Shown here: piece by piece, positions 37,299-48,210 of the stretch | Layout of the letters: every line of letters begins with the position of its first letter | Position numbering within the stretch: position 1 is the stretch's first letter | Origin: Takakia lepidozioides | Lineage: Eukaryota > Plantae > Bryophyta | Direction: 5' to 3' | DNA length: 64,000 nt | NCBI GenBank assembly: GCA_030704615.1 | Contig: CM060734.1 | Location: 53,940,001 to 54,004,000 of the forward strand | The notes under the pieces: generated by a model | Database searches by the model: none | Seen by the model: only the letters and a program-made list of their open reading frames with translations | What the model was told of the DNA's origin: nothing | Translations under genes and position numbers: made by a program

Positions 37299-39296
37299 TG
37301 GCAGTGGACATGTCTGGAGGACATGGGAGGCCAAGCTCATAGGAGTCAATACATGAGATCCCAAGCTCAAGTTCACAGGTTGCAAGACGGCGACTAACAA
37401 TGGGGCAACTCTTGCACCCGGCCTCTTGATCTATCGAGTTTGAGTGTAGTAGGGATAGTGGTGGAGAACTTAGTGAGGCTATGGTCACTATCACATCTTG
37501 TGGCTACCTGGACTTAGAGGGACCTAAGCACTAGCTAGGGGGGTGATTGTGTGGACTAGTGACTGCCATAGTGGGCAGCATAGTGGCAGCCTAGTGACTG
37601 ACTAGTTGTAGCCTAGTGGTTGGACTAGTGGTGGACTAGTGATATACTAGTGTGTGGCGTGCACATGTGTTGTGTGGTTTTGGACAGCGATGTAGTTGTG
37701 TAGCGATATGTATGCGCACGACAATGAGAAGCGGTTCAGCTTAGAATGCAGGGATCCATGCATGAGCCTATCCAAAGCGGATAGAGTGCAAAGGCGAACA
37801 GGTTGCAGGTTTGCAATGGATAGAGAGACGGTCAACCTGTATTGAATGGTGGCGTTACATAGCTCAATGCTATGGCAACCAAATTTGGGCTTCTAGTGTG
37901 AAGGGAAGGAGATGCTGGCCACAAGTGGGCGAACTGGTGGTCATCTTCTTCAGCTGCAGGCTGAGTTAAGAAGCTGTTGGAAAGTGGGTTGCGCATGGGA
38001 AGCTAGCGTGTTGTAGGTTGGAGATAATATGATCAGCTCCAGGTATTTCTGCCCGAAACTAGTTGTTGCGGGTAGATGAGGAGCAGCCGAATAGTGGAGC
38101 TGTGAGGGGATGCATCGCAGCCTGTTGGGAGCTTCAGCTCCAAGCTCATGAAGAGGTATGAGTGAAGAGAGGGGGTTGGTCCCTCTTGTGTGCAAATCAG
38201 TGCACTTGTGAAGCATGTGCTTGAGTTGGAAGTTTCAATCTAAAACTCTAGCACTGTAAGGGCTCTTGGAGTGGCAAGAGTGGGGCTGGAAGGGCAGCAA
38301 CTAGGCATCCTAGAGCCAAGGAATGTGCAGTAGAACTGCTGGTACACCAAGGTTGTAAAGGTGTGTATTTTCAGATTTATTTTTGTGAGCTTCATGAAGA
38401 AAATGGAGCTTGTTGGGCAGCATATAGCTTGCTTGTTGAGTTGGGGGTGCTTCTAGTGGGCCGTGAGAGCCCAAGAGAGCATGGCAGCAGGTCTGGTGGC
38501 TTCACTGAAGCCATAGCTCGTTGATAGCAGGTGCAGGAGCAAACCCCAGCTCGGGGAGAGCTCGGGAATGCGTGGGAACACTCGGGAACGCATAGGAACT
38601 CGTGGGGAGTTCCAGGGAATGCAAAGAACAGTGGCCATAGCCGTAGTCGTGGCCGTGATGGGCCATGGGGGCGGTATCACGAGATACCACGAGCCCAGGC
38701 CGTGACTGTTGACCGTGACCATTGACCGTGACCGTGGGAAGCCGTGGCGCAGACATCACGGGTGGGCATGGTGACCAGATCGTGGGAATGGCAGGCTGTA
38801 AAGGCTCGTGGGCGTGGTACCACGGGGTATCACGGGGCAGCCCGTGGCCAGTGAGCGCCTAGGGCGGGCCATGAGGAGTCGTGGCGGTTAGAGCCACGGA
38901 AGGCCGCGAACAGACAGAATGAAAAAAATAAAAAAAACTTTTTTCACTCGTTTCGTGGGACCTTGATGGGGAGGCTGGGCTATGAAGAACAACGGTTTTG
39001 AGCTAGCTGATCCGGCAAAAAAGCTAGAATTGCCTCCCTGTTGCCATTTAACAAAGGGGATTACTTCCCTGCAGGTAATCTTTTGGGGTTTTCAGCCCAG
39101 TTCTTAACTATGGGGGAGACCAGCTTGCAGGTAATTCCTTTGGACAGAATGTTGTTGGGGCCTATATGTACCTCCATTTGCTCCATTTTTTAACCTTCAG
39201 TGGATAGCGTGGTTTCCTAAGGTGGTTCCATTCTGAGGAATGGCTGGTGGACATACGGAGGCACTGGTGGACCCTGTGGAGGCTTGCATGGGGCCT

Positions 39297-39940
39297 TCCC
39301 TGTGTCCAAAATGCTATGCACTGTGAGGTGTGCAGGCCGCTGCACCCCATCAAATGCACGCTTAAGCAGTGCGGGTGACATCAAGTTAGTCCACCATAAC
39401 CGTGGACGATGAGCCCGTAATCCCACTGCAGCTTCATCCAGCAACACTGCTGACCCAAGCCACGACCGGACTTGATGCACACTGGCAATCACCCTGGCCC
39501 GAGAATCGCCCATCAGTGGCACATTCTCCAAGATATATGCTGAAGATATAGCTTGATGAAGCTGCAAGTGGCGCAAAACCCGCACCATCTCCCAAACAGA
39601 CCCGACCTCGAGTCTTGCAATCCATTGTCATGTCTGGCTGATGAATGCCCTTGGCAGGGCCAACGTGCCACTACCAGCTCAATGGAGCCAACCCGCTCCA
39701 AATCCTGCGCCCCCAACATCAAAATGTCTGCTGGCAAGGCCTGCTGATATCCACAAACTGCAGCCACCGGCAACAATTCAGGGTACCGCTGTACCAACTG
39801 AGCAACATGGCGAAGTGAAATGCGTCGTGCAGTCTCATCCCTCTCCACATACAGGTAACGCCGAACTCGTACACCTGCCTCTAACACAGCAGCCAATCTG
39901 GTGCTGATCCCGCCAAACAAGTCCAGAAGACAAATGCCTT
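39297..39940 (-). pseudogene. N-terminal half of retroelement C5-cytosine methyltransferase (motifs I-VIII)
   Basis: LLDLFGGIS (I), YVERD (II), WPCQGHS (IV), ILENVP (VI), RAHRPRLWWTN (VIII); one frameshift. Confidence 0.88.
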
Positions 39941-42836
39941 CATCCGGATACTGCCACACAATAGGTGTGGTGTCCAATGGAGACAACTGAGGTGGTCCTG
40001 GTGTAATCCTCGCACTCTCCTCCTCTCTTGATGGTACAAAAGCCTCCACCCAGGCTTGTTGTACCCGTCGATCAGCAACCCGCTGCAAATCCTTGCTCGT
40101 GCCCCACAATGGAGTCTGAGCAACCATGGCAGGCAACTCTGCCATATCATACATGTCATCATGTTCTCCTGGAGGTATGTCATCCTCTGAATGAGCGTTT
40201 CCCTCAAGCAACTCTCCAGGCCAAGTCACTGCAGCTGTGAATGCTGCTAGTGTCGGCATCTTGCCCCGTTGGGCAACCGCAATTCCTCCTATAAACGTCA
40301 CAGGGAGCTGCACACGCCGGCCCTCCCCTGACTGCCATCCAGGCCTATAAGAAGCTGATTCTTCCCAAAAATCCAGGGTGAAGCCCATGGGATACAACAC
40401 TGCCCCACTAACCAGGACATCGTACGAGACCGCGTCTGTCACAATGGCCTTGGTTCGCATCACTGAGCCATCTGTAGGGTGATCCGGCCGTAATCTGATA
40501 ACCATCTCACGTCGTGTCATGCCCCGAGCCTGCTCCGATCCTCCCAGAGACGTCTATATCTGGAAAGGACAAGGCTCCATATCCGCCTCCGTGAGGCCCA
40601 AGCCTGCAATAGCAGCTCTGCCCAGCATCAATGGTTGAGCTCCCGAGTCCAACAAGACCCGCAGTGGCCGATACCTCTTGCCTGCCGGTCCACTCAAACA
40701 GAAAATGCCATCCTGGTTGTCTAACATGACAACTCTAGGTGTCACCATGGCGCGTTCAATGGCTGGTCTAGCTGGCAGCTCCATCAACCTGGCAGCTGCA
40801 GCTTGCCATGGCGCCGCAGTGGCAGTCTTAACCCTCAAATCCGAGGATCCCTCCGGCACTACACCTCCCATTATCTCCGCAGAAGATGAAGTAACCTCCC
40901 CACTCTCACAGAGTGTAGCTGCCAGCCTGAACACCTCAGCTGGTCTTACCCCCGGCGTCGCAATCATGGTAGCCGAGAACAATGGAGTCTGGTACATAGA
41001 TGTGGCCGCTCCGAGCAACACACTACCTGCCGTAGCCTTGGCAACACTGGGTAGTGGTGCTACCCGTGTAGCTCTCCCCAATGACATAGTAACCTCCGCC
41101 TCGGTAATAGTCGGGCGAGAACTAGGTGCCAAGGATGGCGTCGACACTGTCTCCGCCAGTGTGAATGACTGAGGAAGCCTAGCCTGACGGCTTGCCTCCT
41201 CACGCTGTGGATCCAACTCCACCTCTGCACCTCGTGGCTCAGGAACTCGTGCTGCTCCTCGAGTCATGGCTGCAGCAGACTCCACCTGCACTAGTGGTAG
41301 TGCTGCTCCGCACATGAATCCCATGCCTCCCATATCTCCTCCCTCAGGAGCAGGAGGTGGACCATCCGGCCTTGGAGCCGGTACCACCTGAGCTGTAGCC
41401 ATGGCAGCGAGCCTCTGCTCTAGCTGCTGAAGCCGGTTGGCCATGCCTTGGTCAACACCCTGACCTTCACGTCCTTGGCCATGTTGAGCTTGCCCTTGGC
41501 CTGCACCTCGTGGCTGGCCACCTCGTCTTCTCTGGGCTACTCCACCTTGCCCCCGGCCACCATTGTTCCCTTGGAACTGGCCTGGCGCAACTCAGGATGC
41601 AAACCATAACACTGGGCCTCTCCATGCCCGTGTTTGCCACAATGCCCACACTGCAACTATGCAGGCTGTGCATGTGCCGGCCCTTTGCCTCCCTCTGGAA
41701 TCCTTCTTGACATGGGATCCTCCACATGTCCAGCACACCACATCCGCCCATTGTTGGCCAGCAAATGAAGGGAGAGACCCCTGCATCTGAGGTCCTCTCT
41801 GCCCTTCCCTGAGCTTCACCTAAGCCCCCTTGTTGCCTTGAGCACGTTGAGGTAGTGGTTGGCTAGGAGCACCACTACCCCGTGGTGTCTCCTTAGCAAA
41901 TCCCACCATGACCACTCGTTCCTCCACCATGTTGAGCTCTATTCGCTCTGCCAGCAAAAACACATTTGCTAAGGTGGGTTGGGCCGCTTGTAGGAGAGTT
42001 GCATCCCGCACCCTTCTCCTCAGCTCCTTGTTCAATATCCCATACCAGAATTGGACTGCCTGAGCTTCCGTAACCCCTTGGGTTACATTTATCAAGCGCC
42101 TCATGCGAGTGAAAGCCTCCCTCAAGCTCTCGGTCGGCTTCCGTTGGAACTCTTGCAAGCTCCGCAACTTCTCTGTCTTCACCCCTTGGTAGTTCCCTCT
42201 CAACTCTTCGAAGAACTCCACAACAGGGTTGAAGACAGACACGGGTACTAGTGCTGGCGCGGTAGTGGCTTGGGTGGACGTCGTAGCTACTGTACCACTA
42301 GTCCCACTAGTCCCACTGCTGCTTGCTGAAGTTGCCGTGCAAGGCAGGTGTAGCCACTACCCTCGTGGCTCTAGTGCCCCTAGTGATGGAGACATAGTCG
42401 GGTGACCAATACATCCTCCACTCCTCGATCTCAACCTCATGCCCCCGCCTGAACTCATGGTAATCATCCATAGGCGGCCCCTCAAGGTGCTGAAACAGCC
42501 CCTTCCATGCCATGAAAGGCGTAAATAGTTGTGGATTGTGCATTTGCTGCAAATCACGCCAACTATCAAACTCTTGGAAAAAATCGTCCAACTCGATGGT
42601 GCCCACCGCCCCAGAGTACCTTCGTGGCCCCTTGGTAGCTCCATACATCTCCTCCATTGTGTCCCACAACAATGGCAAGGAAACAACTTGCACCGCCGGT
42701 ATGAGTCCTCCTGATTCACAATCCTAATCAGAATCTTCCGTAGAAGACACAGGAGGTGAAGGTGGCCTAAACCGCACACCTCGTCTCGTGTACCCACTAG
42801 TATCGCTAGTGCTCGAACCGGCACTGTCCCCAGCAA
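39941..42836 (-). pseudogene. gag, zinc knuckles and aspartic protease of the DNMT element
   Basis: YSG...LDDFFQEF, FQRKPTESLREAFTRM, CWTCGGSH, VLLDSGAQP; fragmented. Confidence 0.85.
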
Positions 42837-43371
42837 CTAGTGGTACCTCCGTGTTGACACTCAACCGGTCATGAACATGTCCTTAACCCCATTTCCACAA
42901 GGTAAACCGGGTAGAGAACCTGTTGCGGCTTATGGTTTGGAATACTAAGTTCCTAACATAGCCTACACCTGTACCTGCATCCACCGCAAGCACTCCTATG
43001 GTTGGCTGGTCACAACCTCCAACCTCACCACATGAGAAAACAATGATGGTCTGGCTGGTCATCACCCCAGCCTCACCATCGACAGCATGCTTTAGGACTG
43101 GCCGGTGATCAAATCCGGACCAATCACCTATAAAAACAAGCGCCCACACAAAATTAGCATGGCGCACAGTCAATACACGAGATCCCAAGCTCAAGTTCAC
43201 AGGTTGCAAAACGACGACTAACGATGGGGCAACTCTTGCACCCGACCTCTTGATCTATCGAGTTTGAGTGTAGTAGGGATAGTGGTGGAGGACTTAGTGA
43301 GGCTATGGTCACTATCACATCTTGTGGCTACCTGGACTTAGAGGGACCTAAGCACTAGCTAGGGGGGCGAT

Positions 43372-44049
43372 TGTGTGGACTAGTGACTGCCATAGTGGGC
43401 AGCATAGTGGCAGCCTAATGACTGACTAGTTGTAGCCTAGTGGTTGGACTAGTGGCTGGACTAGTGGTGGACTAATGATATACTAGTGTGTGGCGTGCAC
43501 ATGTGTTGTGTGGTTTTGGACAGTGATGTAGTTGTTGTGCGATATGTATGCGCACGACAGCTGTCAAGTTATTTACCACTAGTGTGAAACTAGCTAGGAA
43601 ATAGCTACCTTTTACATATTGACATTTGGGATTGGCCCAAGTGTCAATCCAGGGGTCAAGGCAGATTTAGGCCCTGGGAGTGGTTATCTTCACGGCAAGC
43701 GCGGGAGGCTCATCTTTCTCGAGTTGAGCTCACCGCGCCTAGCTATGGCGCCGTAGTGTGGATTCCCCATGGCGTGGGGTGCACTTGGCTTGACTTGTAT
43801 TTGAGTGATGAGGTTATATATGCATGAGTTTATGCTTCAGCTTTGTGAGCTCGCATGAGCTTGTGCTTGTATTCTTCTTCTTTATCACTCGAGAAAGATG
43901 AGCCTCCCGCGTTTGCCGTGAAGATAACCACTCCAGGGCCTAAATCTGCCTTGACCCCTGGATTGACACTTGGGCCAATCCCAAATGTCAATATGTAAAA
44001 GCTAGCTATTTCCTAGCTAGTTTCACACTAGTGGTAAAATAACTTGACA
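43372..44049 (+). repeat. Internal end A-GC-end B junction followed by a fold-back of end B
   Basis: 43372-43559 repeats 37548-37723; palindrome GACAGCTGTC at 43556-43565; 43562-43722 is inverted at 43888-44049. Confidence 0.9.
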
Positions 44050-44436
44050 TCATGAAAACACAAGTGCTACAAAAACAACTCGAACCTGACACTCACAGAC
44101 TCGAGCTCATCTTTCTCGAGTGATAAGGAAAGAAAGATACAAGCACACAAGCGCTCTCAGACTCACACACTTGCACATGAAAACATCACTCATATATTAA
44201 GTCGAACCAAGTGCATCCCACGCCATGGGGAATCCACACTACGGCGCCATAGCTAGACGCGGTGAGGCTCAACTCGAGAAAGATGAGCCCACTGTGATCT
44301 GCCGTGAAGATTACAACGCCAGGTGCCCAAACATATATTGGCCCCTGGATTGACACTTGGGTCAACCCCAAATGTCAATATATCAAAACTAACTATTTCC
44401 TAGCTAGTTTCACACTAGTGGTAAAATAACTTGACA

Positions 44437-44920
44437 AACTTGTTCAGGTTTTTGTCGTTGAAGAAGACGTGAAAAAAAATCAAATGGTCATCATGAAGCT
44501 TATTTAGGCTTTGTTTGTGAAGAAGAGGTGAAAAAAAAATGAGCTCTCATTGTGAAACTTGTTCAGGTTTTTGTCATTGAAGAAGAGGTGAAAAAAAATG
44601 AGCTCTCATTGTGAAACTTGTTCAGTTTTTTGTTATTGAAGAAGAGGTGAAAAAAAACTAGATGGTCATCATGAAGCTTATTTGTCTTTGTTTGTGAAGA
44701 AGATGTGAAAAAGCAATGAGCTCTCATTGTGAAACTTGTTCAATTTTTTGTTATTGAAAAAGAGGTGAAAAAAAATCAGATGTCATCATGAAGCTTGTTT
44801 AGGCTTTGCTTTTGAAGAAGAAGTGGAAAAAAAAAATAAGCTTTCATTGTGAGACTTGTCCACGTTTGGCAGCCCCTAAACCCAAAAATGTGAGACTTGT
44901 CCAGGTTTTTGTTATTGAAG
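44437..44920 (+). repeat. ~60-bp tandem repeat, right part
   Basis: Same unit as 31105-31523. Confidence 0.85.
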
Positions 44921-45051
44921 AACTATGTCTATATTGAGTTACAAACAATGTTCATGTTTAGGATGCAGTGTCACTGGCACCACAAACAGAGGATGTTCTA
45001 CAAACAATGCAGCCCTTCTGGACATGGCGAAAAATCACAATATATGCAACA

Positions 45052-46321
45052 CTACTCGTTATTGCCAGTGTCTCGCTGCAAAAGTGTCCTAACCTCACCA
45101 GGACCAAGTGTTGTCTGGTGAATGAATTGGTCTCTTTTGGGATCACAATACATCCTGCGCAAAAAGATGTAGTAAAGATGCTTGCAAGGAACCCATTTCC
45201 CTCTCTTCCCTAGAGCAACCTCATGCATGCACATGAAGTCGGGACATATACAACCTGGAAAGTTGCCCACCGTCACCTGATATGCCATGTCGTGCAAAAC
45301 AGACCCAGAAGTGACCAAAGTATAAACCCGTCCATACCCAGGTGAAAGAATTTCCATAGTTCATGTTACCCGAGCCTGAAGTAGTCTGGCAGATTCCACC
45401 TTCGCATCGTGATCAGGCCCCAAAGCCACACGACGCACTATTTTGCCATTCCTTTTAGTGGGATGTGAAATATCGTCTGGTGGATGCACCATAGCAGCTG
45501 GGCCACCACCAGTCGCCGCCACAGATCGGTGAAGACGAAAGTCGGCGTCCTCTAACTTCCCAATTTCTTGTGATGTTAGGGAGGTTCCCACCCGCACTGG
45601 CCAAATGGTGGGTGGGGAGGCTTAGCAATGCAGGAGTCATGGACGGTACCATTCACACAACAAGCCATATCATCCCGACAGAACCAAAATTTGTGCATCT
45701 TGGATTTCTTCGACATATATGGCCGAATCAAACATGTGAACATCGGAGCTGGGGTACCCGCTGAGCCTTTGGGTATCCTGGACTTACACTTTTCATAACT
45801 GATGGCCCCCTAATGGCCCTCACTGCCATGCAACCAACTCTAGACCTTGGAGTAGTCCACTCGATGTGCCATTCGGAGTCAGCACAAGGTGACTCCTGCA
45901 CTGCCCCCCTGAGGTCCTGCAGGCAATCCGCAATTTCAGGGGTTGGAGTTAGAGGACAGGGCTGGGTAGAAGAGGATGCACCAACAGCCTCTTTGCTATT
46001 GCATGCCAGTGGTTGTAATGGAGACATCTTGGGTACAAAGAAGTTGTCTTTGTCATGGCGATGTGAATCCCCATCTGATCCTGGAGGTGTATTTAGCTTG
46101 CGTTTGCAAGTCCCGAACCTTTCATCTCCTTCCAGATGAGGCACCCTTGATTGGAGAGGCGAGCTCCCTGTGCACGTGTTCACTGCCTTTGCCATCTTCG
46201 TTGGATCCCCAGACCTTGTTGCAGCCCTCAACATCAACTCTGTTGTATCTAGTCCCCTGCCTCCAGAACGTCCCCTGAGGAAATCACGATATCTTGTTTG
46301 CTGGGTTAGAGCTCGTACCAA
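45052..46321 (-). pseudogene. SWIM zinc-finger protein (MEKK1/ZSWIM2-like SWIM at the C-terminus)
   Basis: YQVTVGNFPGCICPDF...CKHLYYIF...FIHQTTL..EV..LL; in-frame stop at 45361 and upstream frameshifts. Confidence 0.75.
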
Positions 46322-46735
46322 ATCATCTGTCGTAGCAATGTACAGATCTCTTCCTGCTTTGCCAGGCGTTGTGAACGGTTTCTGCTAGTTGGTTGCACGA
46401 CGACATGTCGGCAATGTCCTCAAGGGACATGTCCTTCGAAAAGAAAATGAATGAGCGTCATTCATGCAAGCGTGGGCTGTTCTGGCAACAAATAATTAAG
46501 GAAACTGGGCACATAGAAGGGATTGCAGAGGTGAAAGACAACTTACAGTAGTCATGAAAGTTCCCCATTGCCGGTATCTGAAGTGCCAGAAGACCAACTA
46601 GTCTTCCAATTCTTTGAGACCGTCCTGATCAGTAGCCCCTAACGAGAACCACCATGCTCTTAGTGTCTGGTACTTGGTATCAAGTTTAGGGTACCTGCTG
46701 GGTACCCGGGGTCATAATCCGGACCCGCACAACAT

Positions 46736-46940
46736 TGTCGGCGATGATCATCATGAAATCATAATCATGAAGAAATTCTCCGCGGGAGGGTGGGGGGGGG
46801 GGGGGACAAGAAAAAAACAAGATTTCTTTTTTAATTTAAAAAAAAAAATTCCCCACCCCCTTTCCCCCCCGCGGAGAACTGAGTGCGTCAACGCACTCAA
46901 TTTCTTCATGATCATGCTTTCACGATGATCATCGGCGACA
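46736..46940. repeat. ~205-bp fold-back (MITE-like) inverted repeat
   Basis: TGTCGGCGATGATCATCATGAAA...TTTCACGATGATCATCGGCGACA, with inner G-run and C-run arms. Confidence 0.7.
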
Positions 46941-47944
46941 TCTACCCAAATGTCGAGACTTATTTTATTTTATTTTATTTACTTTTATTTTAAAATTCTC
47001 ATGTGCCTGACGCCCGCTTAATTCCCAGCCCTGTTTCTCTCCACGAACATGGCAGTTCGCTAAGGGTTAGGGTTAGGGTTTGGGGTTACGATTTGCAGTG
47101 TTTCCCCGGTTTGCCGTGTTTGTCGTGTTTCCACGGTAATGACGTCAGCTTAATTCCCAGCCTATATCCCTGCATGAACATGACAATTCGCTAAAGGGTT
47201 AGGGTTAGGGTTTGCTGTGTTTGCCGTGTTTCCGCGGAAATGGGTGCTCATCCGTGGAAATACACCCTGCATCTTCTCCCATTCTCGTGCCACGTGGATT
47301 GGGCTCATGTCAGGCTCTTGGGCTCACAGGCTCCTGGGCTCGCGTGGCTAGGCTCACACTCTAGCATTCCCTCTTAACAGTCACATGTCGTTTGCCTTGA
47401 ACGATAGAGGCAGCGGTCCCTGGCATGACAATGGAGCCACCAGATTGTCTTCTTTGACTTTGGAACACATGATACTTTCCAGGAAGAGCTCTCCATTCTA
47501 TGTGTTTTTGTGCAATACGCGGTTTCTGAAACAACATTCTTTGAAGATTTCCCTCCATGTCATATATCTCCTTCTCAACAGAAACACAGCCAATGTCGAG
47601 CTTGAACCTTGCTGCCAGAACATGCTCCTCGACCACAACAAAACCATCATCTTCAGCCGTGGCGTAAAAGGGCAAGGTTCTTCACTGTAGTGAAACTTAG
47701 TGAAGGCCTCCTCATTATAAGAAGTCATGTGGCCAAGATACGAAGGTGAGAACTACAAAAATCATGCGACAACGACAGTCATTCTCCTTCTTGCAGCGTA
47801 GCAATGGCGTTAGCCCAGCCCCGCGAGCCTGGAATCTGAGCCCACGCTCTAGCCCAGAAGCGTGTGCTAAGGCATAATGCAGCCTTGTCCCTGGAATCTG
47901 AGTTGTGACGCTTCCCGTAACATTGTTTTTCTTCAAGAACATAT

Positions 47945-48210
47945 ATAAGCTCTGTGCCAGGAAAATTCTAAGCCGCACAGATCAAATCTGGCCAAAGACA
48001 ACAGCTCTATGGAAACCCTCTAGCGATGGCACAAAAGGAGGTACTGCTATCCTTCTATCCCCTTCCCTAACACAATTCATTCTCAAGGATGAGATCTGGG
48101 ACCCGGGAAGAGTCAATTTTGCTCCCTGCTCTTCCCCAATGATTCCGAACTCACGGGCTTCATTAACATTTACGCATCTAACTCTGCCTCAGACAGATCA
48201 GCTCTTTGGT
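47945..48210 (+). pseudogene. LINE APE endonuclease fragment
   Basis: GTKGGTAILL...DPGR...FINIYASNSASDRSALW. Confidence 0.65.

Larger units (their letters stand above)
34819..44049 (-). mobile_element. Inner copy of the LTR-less gypsy-like DNMT/PHD element, rearranged by an inversion of ~34819-39295
   Basis: 5' end TGTCAAG at 44049(-) and 3' end CACGACA at 37723(+) share the 4-bp TSD ATGA (44053-44050 on -, 37724-37727 on +). Confidence 0.8.
31524..44436 (-). mobile_element. Outer copy of the LTR-less gypsy-like element (ends TGTCA.../...CGACA), internally deleted
   Basis: TG...CA termini; 4-bp TSD AACT (31520-31523, 44437-44440) within the tandem array; the two ends are different sequences. 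Confidence 0.85.
30951..47373 (-). mobile_element. SWIM-domain-encoding DNA element with GAG...CTC ends and subterminal inverted repeats; hosts the nested retroelements
   Basis: Inverted repeat GTGTGAGCCTAGCC...GAGCCCAGGAGC at 30969 and 47331-47359; ends shared with 14054-15137; internal ~60-bp tandem array split by the 31524-44436 insertion. Confidence 0.75.

Noticed and set aside
31524-44436. DIRS/PAT tyrosine-recombinase element
   Set aside because: No YR motifs seen; a DDE integrase and TSDs are present.
31105-44920. CRISPR-like array
   Set aside because: Degenerate tandem satellite without unique spacers, in a eukaryotic context with no cas genes.
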